This document shows positions 1-11,019 of a DNA stretch of 32,309 nt, piece after piece. The notes beneath the pieces were generated by a model that had not been told where the DNA came from, searched no databases, and saw only the letters and a program-made list of their open reading frames with translations. The stretch spans positions 1 to 32,309 of the forward strand of contig MRSU01010799.1 of the NCBI GenBank assembly GCA_008369845.1, given 5' to 3'. Made by a program: the position numbers and the translations under genes. This stretch comes from Trichomonas gallinae. Taxonomy: Eukaryota. Numbering within the stretch: position 1 is the first letter of the stretch; the number at the start of each line of letters is the position of its first letter.

Positions 1-834
1 GCGAAAATAGTAATCGGGCGAGTATAAGTCCGAGGCGCTCGATAGAGCGCCGAGCAATACGCTTACGTGATAGGACAAAAGTATTGATGGGGTTATTTAA
101 AATCTACATGCAATTATAATGCTATATTTAATGTCAAAAGCATATGGTGAGATGAAGAAAACGGTTTTATAGCACTTTTCTTCACAAACCTGTGCCACTT
201 TTCTGACACTATTTCAATCATGTTAGATTCATATTCATATAAATAGGAAAATTATTCAAAATATATTTTTGTGTGTCAATTTTGATTTTTTACCTGAAAA
301 ACATTAAGATATTTGCTTAAGGAGTTGTGTGTTATATTTCATATATGCATGAATTAAATTTTTACATTAAGATTATGGTTATATCATTTAAACTTCCGTT
401 GATGATCTTTTATCATTTTTCTAATAATTTATTAATCATTAATTATAGCAACAATTGTTTATACTCATTTGCAGCAGTCAAGTTGTAGCATCGCCAATAC
501 TTTGGAACAGATCATCAAAAATCACAAAAACTAACAATCCATGAAATGTCGTAAAATCTAATATAAGAATGAACTATACGTTAATTTCACAAAAATAATA
601 TTCGAAAATTATCATTCTTAATCATTAGGAAATGAAATATGAAATGCAAAACCCAATTGAATCGTGTTTTACGTGGTGCCATTGATTACTGCATATCATT
701 ATAATCATAGTTGAGTAACGAAAATATAGATTTCATGATTAAAATATTAACATCATTTAATTTCCATTTTCTGCTTCCCTATAGTTTTAAAAACTGGAGA
801 GATGATATGTGGCTGAATATTATGTTCAAAAAAA

Positions 835-2253
835 ATGATGGAAAAAAGTAATATTTATCTGTTCCCAGAAACAATTCAAACGAATCCTTATTTATTCTTC
901 GGTAAAGCTGTTCTTACAACACAGGAACCATTTAAAATCCTCGGATACAAGCTATATTGCTTAATAGATAAATTAGAAACTCCAGAAGAGCCTTTTACGC
1001 TTGTTCCACTACGAAAATCAGGCTCCAATGCATGTTTCTATCAGTATTCCTTTCCAAATGGTGCCCCTGACTTTAAAAAACTCGGATTCGAAACATTAGG
1101 AACTTCAAATGGAATCATTTTATTTATGACACAAGAAAGCTTCATTAAAATAACCACTACATCTCGCTACGTCGCTGTTAAAGACGGAAATTGGCAAGCT
1201 GTCTCGAAAGAATTTTACGAATTAACTGCATATTATCATCTCGATGTCATTCCTCAACTATCACAGAACCTTTTCAAGTCTACTCAAGGAATAGAAAAAA
1301 TCGCCTTACTTTTCCATCAAAATTATGATATTGATGCAGCTCATATCGTTAATCTTCCAACTTTGTATAACGAATTGAACTCTCTACTTTGGTTCTTCGG
1401 ATATAATACAAAGAACAGAGTATTTTCTGATCATTATTATTTATTTTCATCATTAAGAGAGCCATTTCATCAGTTTATCAAAGATTGCTTCAGCAATATA
1501 TATATGGGAAGCTGTGTAATAACTCCTGCTGGCGTTAAACAGATCAGATCACTATTTTTCTTCGTAAGGGCGACATTATCGAAATTAGGCTATGACGGAC
1601 CTCAATCTGAAGATATTTACCATACAGTGGGCTTGTCAATTAACAAATTCCAGAGAGATTTTGGAATTCCAGAAGCTCCTTGCAACAGAGAAACAATTAA
1701 AATGCTTCTGACGCAGCTGCTCCTCAAAGGAGGTGACCCTGTTAATACACTTGCCTCTTGTGGTGTAGATATCCAAATTGAATCGGCGCCAGATCAAAAA
1801 TTCGGGCCAATCGATATGAGAAACCTTGATGATATTGCTAAGAGATTTGCTACAGGCATCTCTAGAGCTGTTGCACCTTTACCTTCTCCAGCATCAGCAG
1901 TTGCCGACGTAGAAACTGAGCTTTTGTCAGTAGCAAAGTCAGGATCTGAAGGTTTAGAGCCAGTAAATAGATCCTCGCAGATGCTCAGCTCAAGACTTGG
2001 CGGAGTTAAAAGATATGCAGCTGAAGTTTGCTCAGAGACTAAAACAGCTTTAAACAGAGCTGTAGAAGCTGAAAAAGGAATCGAAAACCTCCAACATATC
2101 AATAATGACATCGAAAAAGCAATGCAAGAGATGCAAGACAGACTGAAGGCTCAGAATGGCAGCGCGAACTGGATGATCATTTCCTTTTTTATTCTCGTCT
2201 TCTTGTTCATCTGGCAGCATATTAAGAGAGGAAGAAAAATTAATCTTCCATAG
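835..2253 (+). CDS. STB2/STB6-like protein with C-terminal coiled coil and tail transmembrane anchor (472 aa)
   Basis: Long intact ORF. Motifs GYKLY, GTSNGIILFMT, VAVKDGN, LFHQNY, LWFFGY and INKFQRDFG fall in the order I recall for fungal STB6-like N-terminal domains. Heptad-rich segment, then hydrophobic WMIISFFILVFLFIW and basic tail. CDS is secure; family call is inference. Confidence 0.8.
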   Translation: MMEKSNIYLFPETIQTNPYLFFGKAVLTTQEPFKILGYKLYCLIDKLETPEEPFTLVPLRKSGSNACFYQYSFPNGAPDFKKLGFETLGTSNGIILFMTQESFIKITTTSRYVAVKDGNWQAVSKEFYELTAYYHLDVIPQLSQNLFKSTQGIEKIALLFHQNYDIDAAHIVNLPTLYNELNSLLWFFGYNTKNRVFSDHYYLFSSLREPFHQFIKDCFSNIYMGSCVITPAGVKQIRSLFFFVRATLSKLGYDGPQSEDIYHTVGLSINKFQRDFGIPEAPCNRETIKMLLTQLLLKGGDPVNTLASCGVDIQIESAPDQKFGPIDMRNLDDIAKRFATGISRAVAPLPSPASAVADVETELLSVAKSGSEGLEPVNRSSQMLSSRLGGVKRYAAEVCSETKTALNRAVEAEKGIENLQHINNDIEKAMQEMQDRLKAQNGSANWMIISFFILVFLFIWQHIKRGRKINLP

Positions 2254-2790
2254 AACCTAGACATGTGAGCTGCAAATCATAATATTGTATTTTATGTATA
2301 AATATGTTATTATATTCTATTGCATTCCCTTCAACTAGTTAATCAAAATCATTTTCTTCAAAAAAAAAACAATCAATATCATCATAGAATTATGTGGGAA
2401 TATAATGACCAACTCCATATTATATGTTTCATAATAGAAACTATGCCTGTTACCATAAAAAAAATCGAGATCAAATTTGCTTTATATAGTTGATAAAGAA
2501 GCTGTATCTATAGTCACAACAAATTCTATTCATATTTTTAAATCTATATTGTTACTGATCAAGTCAAAATTGCAATATTATTCTTAGGTAAGATTATATT
2601 TTGTTGTATTAATCAAAAATTATCATTATCCTCTTAGTGATTCAATTTTGTATCTTATAGATTGAAAAATCCCAATGATCAAAAGGAAACTAATTATTAA
2701 TTTAAGATAGCCCAAGTTTATTAACAAAAATAAAGAAGAAAAATGAGAAAGTTAACGGATAGAAAACAATTTATTCTAATATAAATGAGC

Positions 2791-3228
2791 TTACGGCATC
2801 TCGAAGATGTTGTTCTTGCTCAAGAACTGCGGCATCTGGTTTTCAATTTCATTATACATATGATGGAATCCAGTACGGCCAGCAAAATATGGATCCTTGA
2901 TATTACCATATAAGACAATCTCCGCTTTAGATGTGTTTGGCTTCATTTTCTGCAAAGCATTAAAAACTTTTTCATCTAATGCGACAACGAAATCGTAAAG
3001 AAGCCAGTCATCATAGCGAATCTGTCTGGCTCTGTGCTGTGACATATCCATGCCATGCTTTTGTGCGATATCAATGGCTCTATCATCCGCCATTTCGTTA
3101 ATATGGAGAGAACTCAATGCAGCTGAGTCGCTCTTGACTTTGTTGCTGGTCATCTTCTTGCAGAGGACCTCAGCCACTGGTGACCTGCAGATGTTGCCTG
3201 TGCAGACGAATAAGACTGACTTGCTCAT
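2791..3228 (-). CDS. Low-molecular-weight protein tyrosine phosphatase (145 aa)
   Basis: P-loop VLFVCTGNICRSP, DSAA, H-R-ARQI, D-VVALD and DPYF general-acid motif. ATG at 3228 is preceded by Inr-like TCATT; the ORF-track TTG start at 3285 is not used. Confidence 0.95.
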   Translation of the reverse strand: MSKSVLFVCTGNICRSPVAEVLCKKMTSNKVKSDSAALSSLHINEMADDRAIDIAQKHGMDMSQHRARQIRYDDWLLYDFVVALDEKVFNALQKMKPNTSKAEIVLYGNIKDPYFAGRTGFHHMYNEIENQMPQFLSKNNIFEMP

Positions 3229-3233
3229 GAAAA

Positions 3234-3238
3234 AATGA
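3234..3238 (-). promoter_or_regulatory. Initiator (Inr)-like element TCATT of LMW-PTP gene
   Basis: Minus strand reads GGTCATCATTTTTTCATG, placing TCATT 5 nt upstream of the ATG; matches trichomonad Inr TCA(+1)Y(T/A). Confidence 0.6.
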
Positions 3239-4456
3239 TGACCAAAGCAGTTATCAAAAGTTATTGATTGATCTTCACAAATCAAAAAATCTTTTTCGGC
3301 CTTAAAATTCCACTATACTATATGCATACAGATGATTTATCGAATTTAGAGATTGAGTATAGAAAATAAAAATGTGATAATTCTAATAAATAGCCAAAAA
3401 TGAGTAGAATATTTTATTTATATTTTTTGAATGAACATGATTGAAATTAAATCATGACTCAGAAAATTTTGAGAATTAATTATGATTGATTTGTTTATAG
3501 GTAATAGAATTATTTTTATCAAATAAATTTTATTAACACTGATTTTTGAATCATTAACAATTATAATCGGCGCTGATTCCAATTTTGATATTCCACACTA
3601 ATATATTATATAGAGATATAATTAAAATTCGGGAATGGCCTGACGAACTCTCAAAATTAAATTGATTGAAAAATTGATTGTTTAACCGAAATTATTTGCC
3701 GAAAATTTTTATGAAATTCTGATTGTTTAATGATAATAAGCATGGTCAACTCGATTGATAATTGTCACTTTTGTTAATTTAAACGAGTTTGGCCTAGAAA
3801 TGTTATTATAACATTTATTGGAATGAAAATTTTTGCCATGGTCGATCATTTAACATTCAATAATTGTGATGAAAGATTTTTCTAAGGTTAAAAAATTTTT
3901 GATTATTGTTTTAGGCATCAATAAAAAATTAAACATTGCAATGAACATTTCTCCATTTATAACATATTTCTTTATCACAGAAGCAACTTTGGCCGCGAAT
4001 AAATTTTGGGATGAAATCAAAACCTCGAATATTCGCTTTTATAGATTAATATTCCAATAATCTACATTAATCTAAGTAGATTCTCTTCAATAATGTTACA
4101 AATAATGAAAATATTTTGCGAATTGAAAATTAAACCTGTAGATTTGAATCTCATACTTCATGAACTCAATTAATCTCTTCCATCAACATAAGTTGTAAAT
4201 AATGATTTGTATTTTCTGGTTATTTTAATTTTTTTCAATTTTGAAAATTTCTATTTGTTCCATTTTATTCATAGTTATTTATTCTATATGTCTAAAAGAT
4301 TAAAATGACTGGTAGAAGATAAACGAATAATGAGATTTTAAAAATACAAAATATAAAATTAAACAAATTATAGGAAATGATTATCACAATTATGAAGCAT
4401 TCGTATTTCTCTATGTGGATTTTATAGTAAATTGGATCAAATCAAATTTTTTGAAA

Positions 4457-6112
4457 TTAAAATGGCCAAAGACCTTTGTTGATGATTTGTTGGCTCTCCT
4501 TCCATGTTTTAAGAGCATGTGTGACCTGTGTTTCATCGCAATTAAGCAGTGACAATATCATTGGAATCATTGATTCTCTCTGTGCATTATTATCAGAATA
4601 GAAGAATTGCAACAAACTCTTCTTTAAGTATGAAGCATGGACACCATCAATGTGGCCGCGTGTTGAAGCGTCATAGCGCGCAATTTCAGCTGCAAGTTTT
4701 TTCTCAGTGCTTTCGTTCTTTGACTCAAGATTCGCTATTGTTTCTTTGAGTTCATCAATTTCCTTCTTCATGTTTTGGTTTTCTGTGTTTAATTGTTGAT
4801 AATTTTGAGAAATTTGTAATAATTCGTCCAAATTCGAGTTTGTGAACTTTTCCTTCATGTCATTGTAGCTATTTTCGTAAGAATTCTTCTGATTTTGCAG
4901 ATTCGCGATTTGATCTTTTAGTGTTAAATTCTCTGTCTCTAAATAATTAAGTTTTTCATTCGATTCAACGAATTTCTTCGTGATTTCGTCGATTTTTTTC
5001 TCGAGCAGTTTCACTGTCTGCTCTGACTCCACCCTCTGCCTCTGCTCCTGGCTGACCATTCTTGATACTTTTTCGTCGACTTGCTCCTCTCTGATGAGCA
5101 GCTGATCGAGTTTATTCTGCGCTTCTTCTCTTGCCAATTCTGTTGACTTAACTTTCGCTTGTAGAGTCAATCTGAGGAGCTCCACTTCTTTCATCTTGGC
5201 CTCGTAGCTGTTTTTCATTGTTTCTATGTTGTCTTCTCTTGTTTTTATGTTATTTAATTGAATTTCGATTTCTTGTTTGGTTTTTTCGAATTCTTTTATT
5301 TCTTCTGCTCTTGATTCGAAATCTTTCAACTGTTCTTTGAGCAATTCTTTCTTTTCTTCAATATTTTTCAGCTCATTTTTTGAATTAATTATTAATTCTT
5401 CGTTCTTTTTCCTTTCTTCTATGATATCTTGTAATATTTGATCGTTTCTATGCCTCTCTTTGCGTATTTCGTCGAGTTTAGCATTTGTTGTTTCAAATGA
5501 GATTTCAATATCAATTTTCTCGCTTTCTAATTCGGACATTTCCTCATAATACTTTCTTTTCATTTCATCAAAAACATTCTTTTGTACTTCAAACTTGTGT
5601 TGCTCAACTGCAAGCATGTTAAATCGGTCATTCAAAATTTTTTCTTTGTCTTTCATGTTTTCTTTAACTTCATTGTCTATGTTTTCCTTTCTTGTCTGTA
5701 GTTCTTGTAGTGTTTTCTTTTTATCTGCTTCAAATTGAGTTCGATCTTTTTCAAATTGCTGAATTTTCTTTTCATATTCTTGTTTTTGGACATTCTCAGT
5801 ACTTTCCTGTAGAGTCTTGATCTTTTCGTTGAGTTTTGCGATTTGCTGCGTAAAATTCGATATTTTTTCATTTTTAGCAATAGATTCTTGCTCATACTCT
5901 TTAATTTTGCTATGAAGACCTGTCAATAGTTGCTCTGCTTTCTCTATTGCTTCGTCTTTATTCTGTAAAACTAATTGATTATTCGTATTAGCTTCCAAAA
6001 GCTTGTTTATCTCATCTTTCAGCTTCTTGTTCTTTTCTGACACCTTTTTAAGCATTTGTCGAAGCAATGCAGGATCTTTATTCACTGGAAGATTTGATCC
6101 TTCTTCCGACAT
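4457..6112 (-). CDS. GRIP-domain golgin-like coiled-coil protein (551 aa)
   Basis: About 480 aa of E/K/Q-rich coiled coil, then YLKKSLLQFF...RESMIPMILSLLNCDETQ (GRIP consensus YLK-(V/S)-LQF...IP-I--LL) and aromatic terminus GLWPF. Confidence 0.9.
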   Translation of the reverse strand: MSEEGSNLPVNKDPALLRQMLKKVSEKNKKLKDEINKLLEANTNNQLVLQNKDEAIEKAEQLLTGLHSKIKEYEQESIAKNEKISNFTQQIAKLNEKIKTLQESTENVQKQEYEKKIQQFEKDRTQFEADKKKTLQELQTRKENIDNEVKENMKDKEKILNDRFNMLAVEQHKFEVQKNVFDEMKRKYYEEMSELESEKIDIEISFETTNAKLDEIRKERHRNDQILQDIIEERKKNEELIINSKNELKNIEEKKELLKEQLKDFESRAEEIKEFEKTKQEIEIQLNNIKTREDNIETMKNSYEAKMKEVELLRLTLQAKVKSTELAREEAQNKLDQLLIREEQVDEKVSRMVSQEQRQRVESEQTVKLLEKKIDEITKKFVESNEKLNYLETENLTLKDQIANLQNQKNSYENSYNDMKEKFTNSNLDELLQISQNYQQLNTENQNMKKEIDELKETIANLESKNESTEKKLAAEIARYDASTRGHIDGVHASYLKKSLLQFFYSDNNAQRESMIPMILSLLNCDETQVTHALKTWKESQQIINKGLWPF

Positions 6113-6666
6113 TTTATTAAATATTCTAAATTAGACTAAAAAATTAGCTTTAAATTGTCCTAATAAACCATGAGTTTTTGCTAAATTTTGCTGTTTTTAT
6201 TAATATTTTATACATTAAATTTAAAACTCAAAATTAGCCTATGCAATATATTATAATAGGTTTTCTATATCTTTAAAATGATAATTATATAATCTTAGCG
6301 TTTATAATGGATAATATTTTTGAAAAATAATATATTTCTATTATATAACGAAAGAAAGCTAATAAATTCTTTGATTAAATGTATATATTATATATCCATT
6401 TGGAAAATAGGAAATAATAAAATAAATTAAATTTCAAATATATATCAAGCACTTTTAGTTTAATTATGAAATATTTTGCAGACATAACACTTTTAGATAA
6501 TTTTACTTGTTAATTGTTTGTTGTTGTCGTAAAAAATATCAATGAATAAAAACAATACATGATATGGTTTATTATTATTCAAGGTAATAAAATAAATGGA
6601 GTATTATCGTTGAATTATAAACAAACGAATAAATAAAAACAAAAATTCAAAAATGAGAATAATATA

Positions 6667-7748
6667 TTAGCTGAAAAGCATTGATTCATTAGATTCGATT
6701 ACTTTGATCTGAATCCTTACGTGTGGTAGACGTAGTATGTTTGCATTGAAACCCAATTCTTTTAATTTCTTGTGGAAAATTGCAGGAGCTGCTACATCAG
6801 AGATTTTATTGCATGACTTGAATGCATTGGCTTGGATTTGAGTAAATCCTTTCATAAACACCACAGAACTAAGATTTTTGCATTTGAAAAATGCCCGGTC
6901 TTCAACTGTGACATTTCCTTTGATTACCAATGATATTAAGTTCGAGTTATGTGCAAACGCATAAAGGCCTATTTTCGAAACGTTTACAGGAATCTCAATA
7001 TGTGTGATTTTCGAATTTCCAACGAATGCATGATTATTTATGGTTGTTAAACCATTGTTCATTACTACACTTTCCAGATGTTTTTGAAATGCAAAAGCAT
7101 ATAGTGCTATCTTTCTTGTTATATCTGGAAAAACGTAAGATTTGAGATTTTTCCCTGGAGGATAGAAAAAGAGACAATTCATATTGTGGTAGAAAACTAT
7201 TCCATCTATAGATCTATATGATACACTTACAACATTGATATCTGCAAGATTTTTGCAATCAATGAATGTTTCGTGCAAAAATGATTTGGTTGTAGATGGT
7301 AAATCGATGCTTGTTAGCTTATTTGAGTCGAAAACATGACGCATCATTAGCAACGAAGTTGATCTTTTAGTGAATGAAACATTTTTAATATTTTTGCAGT
7401 GAAAGAATGCATTCTTTCAATAGTTCTCACACTGGATGGTATAACTATTGTATCTAAACTTGAGCAATTCTCAAAACAATGAAACGGTATCGTTTTTAAT
7501 TTGATGCATTTCTCAAGATTCGCGATTTTAAGATTGTAAAGATTCGCAAAGTATCCTACTGGTATATTTTTGAGTTTTGTTGATACAATTTCAAGATTTG
7601 TTAAAGTGTTTTGTATAGAATTCAATTTGCATTCGAGGGTAAATACATTTTCCGGTATAACTAATCGTGTCAATCCTGCCTTGACACCTGTCATAACCCC
7701 CAAATCATTAACTATTATATCCTGAGTAAACAGGAGAAAAAGAAACAT
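6667..7748 (-). pseudogene. BspA-like (TpLRR) leucine-rich-repeat surface protein, split by a 1-bp frameshift at 7415-7417
   Basis: Two overlapping ORFs (7347..7748, 6667..7353) both carry TpLRR repeats (TIPFHCFENCSSLDTIVIPSSVRTI; TTINNHAFVGNSKITHIEIPVNVSKIGLYAF). Restoring one A gives TIEKNAFFHCKNI and a continuous 360-aa protein with short hydrophobic leader MFLFLLF. A sequencing error cannot be excluded. Confidence 0.85.
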
Positions 7749-10113
7749 TTTTTATTTAAATAAATTCTCAATTTGTAAATTTTGTCATAATCATCAATAA
7801 AACATAAAGAAACAGATATTTAGAGAAGATGTAAAATGACACTTTTTGCCTTTAAAATAAAATTAAAATTGTGTTAATTGGTAAGTAATTACATAAATTG
7901 GATTTTACTTTGAAAATTTTGTGAAAGAAAAATGAGTTAAACCGTTCGATTTGGTATTCAAAATTGTCATTTTTTGTCGACGATATTTATTCAAATAAAA
8001 AGCTAATTTCCAGGCGATACCACGCAATTAATGTTTAAATTTGACTATTATTTCCTATTCTTATTAGATATGTACTTTTGAACTTTTCATCATTCATTTT
8101 TTCGACTTAGCTGAAACTTTAAATATAAATATGGTTTCGAACGTTATTCAAAAATACTAAAATTTGCCATAAGTTTCTAGAGTAATATTTATTAATCCGA
8201 ATTAAATTTGCTTTTATTTCACCTAAAATTCTAGGATTTTCTTAGTTGCTATGTGTTCAGATATATTCTATGATTTAGAAACAATGGATCGCAATTTCGC
8301 AATGTCGATCGAAATGAGTTGCCTGATAAAGAAAATAATTTTATGAATAGATTTATATTCCTGTGTGTGATTAATTGGTGAACTAAAATTGCATAATTTC
8401 TTATGAATCAAATTCGGATTATATCAAAGTATCAGATTAGTTAATGTCAAGTATATTACGTAGTAAAGTTAAAATATAACATAAATATATTAACATAATA
8501 GTAATAATGACATAATACGCAGCATTTCTATTCAAATAGATGTTGAGATAGATGTTAATCACTAATACTATATAAAATATTGTATAAAATTTGATTTTTA
8601 TATGTATCCATTAAACAAACATATCCAATATGAGATGGATGATCAAATTTCAAAGCAAACACCAATTCTTTTCTTATACGCTAATTACTGCAAAATTAGA
8701 CTCATTATTAGATATATAAGCGTATTTGTGCTGTTAAATAGTTTCTGGTTGTAAATACATGTTATCTCAAAGTATAACTCGGTGAATGTTATAATTTGAT
8801 CTTATAACAATAGTCTTAAATTATAGGATAGAATGTGTGTTTGTAGATTTCGATCAGTGATATAAAATATAACATGATAAAAATCTGATTAATTCAAGTT
8901 TATATATTTTGAGCTTTATTGATTGTGTAATGCAATAAGAAAGATCCATAGATTATAAATCATAACTTATAAAAGATGAACAAACAAGTTTGGTCGATTT
9001 AATATCGATGGAGATTGAGAGATTTTATGCAAAATTGAAAACAAGTCATCCGTTCGCGATCCGAGTACTGTTATTAGCAGAATCTTAGTAGGTTGGCCGA
9101 TTTGGAGCAATTTGTCAGAAGTTGGCTGTAAAATGTTATACACGAATATAAGATGATTCAAGAAATAGCATTTATTGTTGTATAGATGCCGAATGTAGAG
9201 GAATTGATCAATTAATCGCAGAATGGTTAAATTGAAAAAGTGAATATAGGTGTATCTGAAGTTTTATTGATTGATTCTGGTTTATCATACTATTTATAAT
9301 GATATTATCATATTAAGAATTCGATTTAAAGAATGTGTCAAGAGCCGCAGCTTAATTCGTGAATTTGGAATATATTTATTAACTACATAACAACAAAAAG
9401 TTATTTCGCAACAAAAAAAAAATTCGAAGGTAAAATTTGTATACTTTGAATGATTTCTGAAAAAAATGAATTGGATAAAAGAAATCATGTCGATGCTCTG
9501 GACATGTCATGTCATACTGGTCGTAACTATCAAAATATTGTAGAATGATTCGGGAAAAGAATCTTCAGAAAATATTGAATACAAAATTGGTTAGGCGTTA
9601 TTAGTTGATCATTTGTATTGAGATATGATATACAAGCATACCGAACAAAAAATTGCAATTTTTTGAAAAAATTTAATGATTTATCTATATTATATATAGA
9701 TAGATATAATTTTAGACTTTTCAGCATGTTTGATGGAACCTTTTAAAAGTGATAAAATTTATTATCGAGTCATACCGATTAATTGTTAATATTTCTAGAA
9801 ATATTTCTCAGAAAAAAAAAAAAAAAGAATTCAATGTATTATGTTCTCTCAAATTTTTTCACAAATTTTATAAATTCGGAAAAATATCGCATAAGATGAT
9901 ATATTAATTTCAGCTTTTAAATAATCTTTTCAATCTATTTTTGATAACTATTCAAAATTAAAGTTGTCCACTAAATAAAAATTATTCATAAATTCGATCC
10001 AAAAACAGACAAGGATTATAATTGGTAAGAAGCATTCTCAAATATTTCAAAAGAAAAAACCAACATGTTTTGAAAGGAAATCGCAGTTAATTTTGATAGG
10101 CTTATTTTGAATA

Positions 10114-11019
10114 ATGTACTGCGACCTTAATGACTGGACTTTGACCCTTGAGACACGTGGTTATATGATCAAAGATATCATTTGCGCAGACAGAGATGTT
10201 ACAGAGGTAGAAGTTGTTGCCCCAAACAAGACAACACTGATGTGCACAATTACAAGAAGACTTTGCGTTTTTGAAAGGATTACGAAGGCATTAACGTCAG
10301 TACACCACAAGAATGTCGTAAAAATGCTTGATTCCTTCCACGAAAAGAACATGTTCTTTGTAGTTCACGAAAAGTACTCGGAAAAGAACTTAGAACAGGT
10401 TGTTCCGCTTGCTAAAGAGGAAGTAACTATGTATGCACTACAAATAATCAGCGCTGTTGAAGAGATCAATAATGCAGGAATTTACATCGGCAACTTGAGT
10501 CCAAAGAACATTTATTTCGACCGCTATGGTCTCATCAAGATCGTTGATTTCCGTGAATCATTCCCAATGCCAAGAAGATTCTGCACAACATATGAAACGA
10601 CAAACAAGAGGCCCGCACCAGAAATCATCGATCAGACACCATTTAATCCAAAGGCTGCTGACCTCTGGAACCTGGGAGTCGTAATTTATTTTATCGTCAA
10701 TGGAAAATATCCATTTTCGGAGTTCAAAGACGTTGCTAAATATAAGGCTGAAGTTGAGGATGCTATTAAGAACATAGAATGCAGTGACACCATGCCTTAT
10801 AAGACTGCTATACAAGATCTTCTTCAAATTGACCCATTTGATAGAGCAAAAATCGAGGCCATTGACAGATGCTTCGGTCTTATTAAGATCCAGCTTCCTA
10901 AAGGCACTCTTAAAACACACAGGAGTGTTGAACATATTGCAATTCATCGTCGATCAAAGATTCGCCCAATTCACTTGCTTAGCTATGCTGATGTTAAGTC
11001 CTATTATAATTCCGTTTGA
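10114..11019 (+). CDS. Protein kinase-like protein, predicted catalytically inactive (CAMK-like pseudokinase, 301 aa)
   Basis: Kinase fold retained (HKNVVKMLDSF, PAPEI, ADLWNLGV, GKYPF), but no Gly loop, no VAIK lysine (LMCTI), HRD replaced by IGN and DFG by DFR. Confidence 0.9.
   Translation: MYCDLNDWTLTLETRGYMIKDIICADRDVTEVEVVAPNKTTLMCTITRRLCVFERITKALTSVHHKNVVKMLDSFHEKNMFFVVHEKYSEKNLEQVVPLAKEEVTMYALQIISAVEEINNAGIYIGNLSPKNIYFDRYGLIKIVDFRESFPMPRRFCTTYETTNKRPAPEIIDQTPFNPKAADLWNLGVVIYFIVNGKYPFSEFKDVAKYKAEVEDAIKNIECSDTMPYKTAIQDLLQIDPFDRAKIEAIDRCFGLIKIQLPKGTLKTHRSVEHIAIHRRSKIRPIHLLSYADVKSYYNSV

Noticed and set aside
1..100. RNase MRP RNA 3' end (AUAGUAA ... GGGGUUAUU)
   Set aside because: Imperfect match to GGGGCUNANU, long spacing, and the pairing 5' half would lie outside the window.
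7340..7420. Intron explaining the BspA frame break
   Set aside because: A single-base restoration gives a continuous LRR, and no trichomonad-type ACTAAC...AG 3' intron signal is visible.
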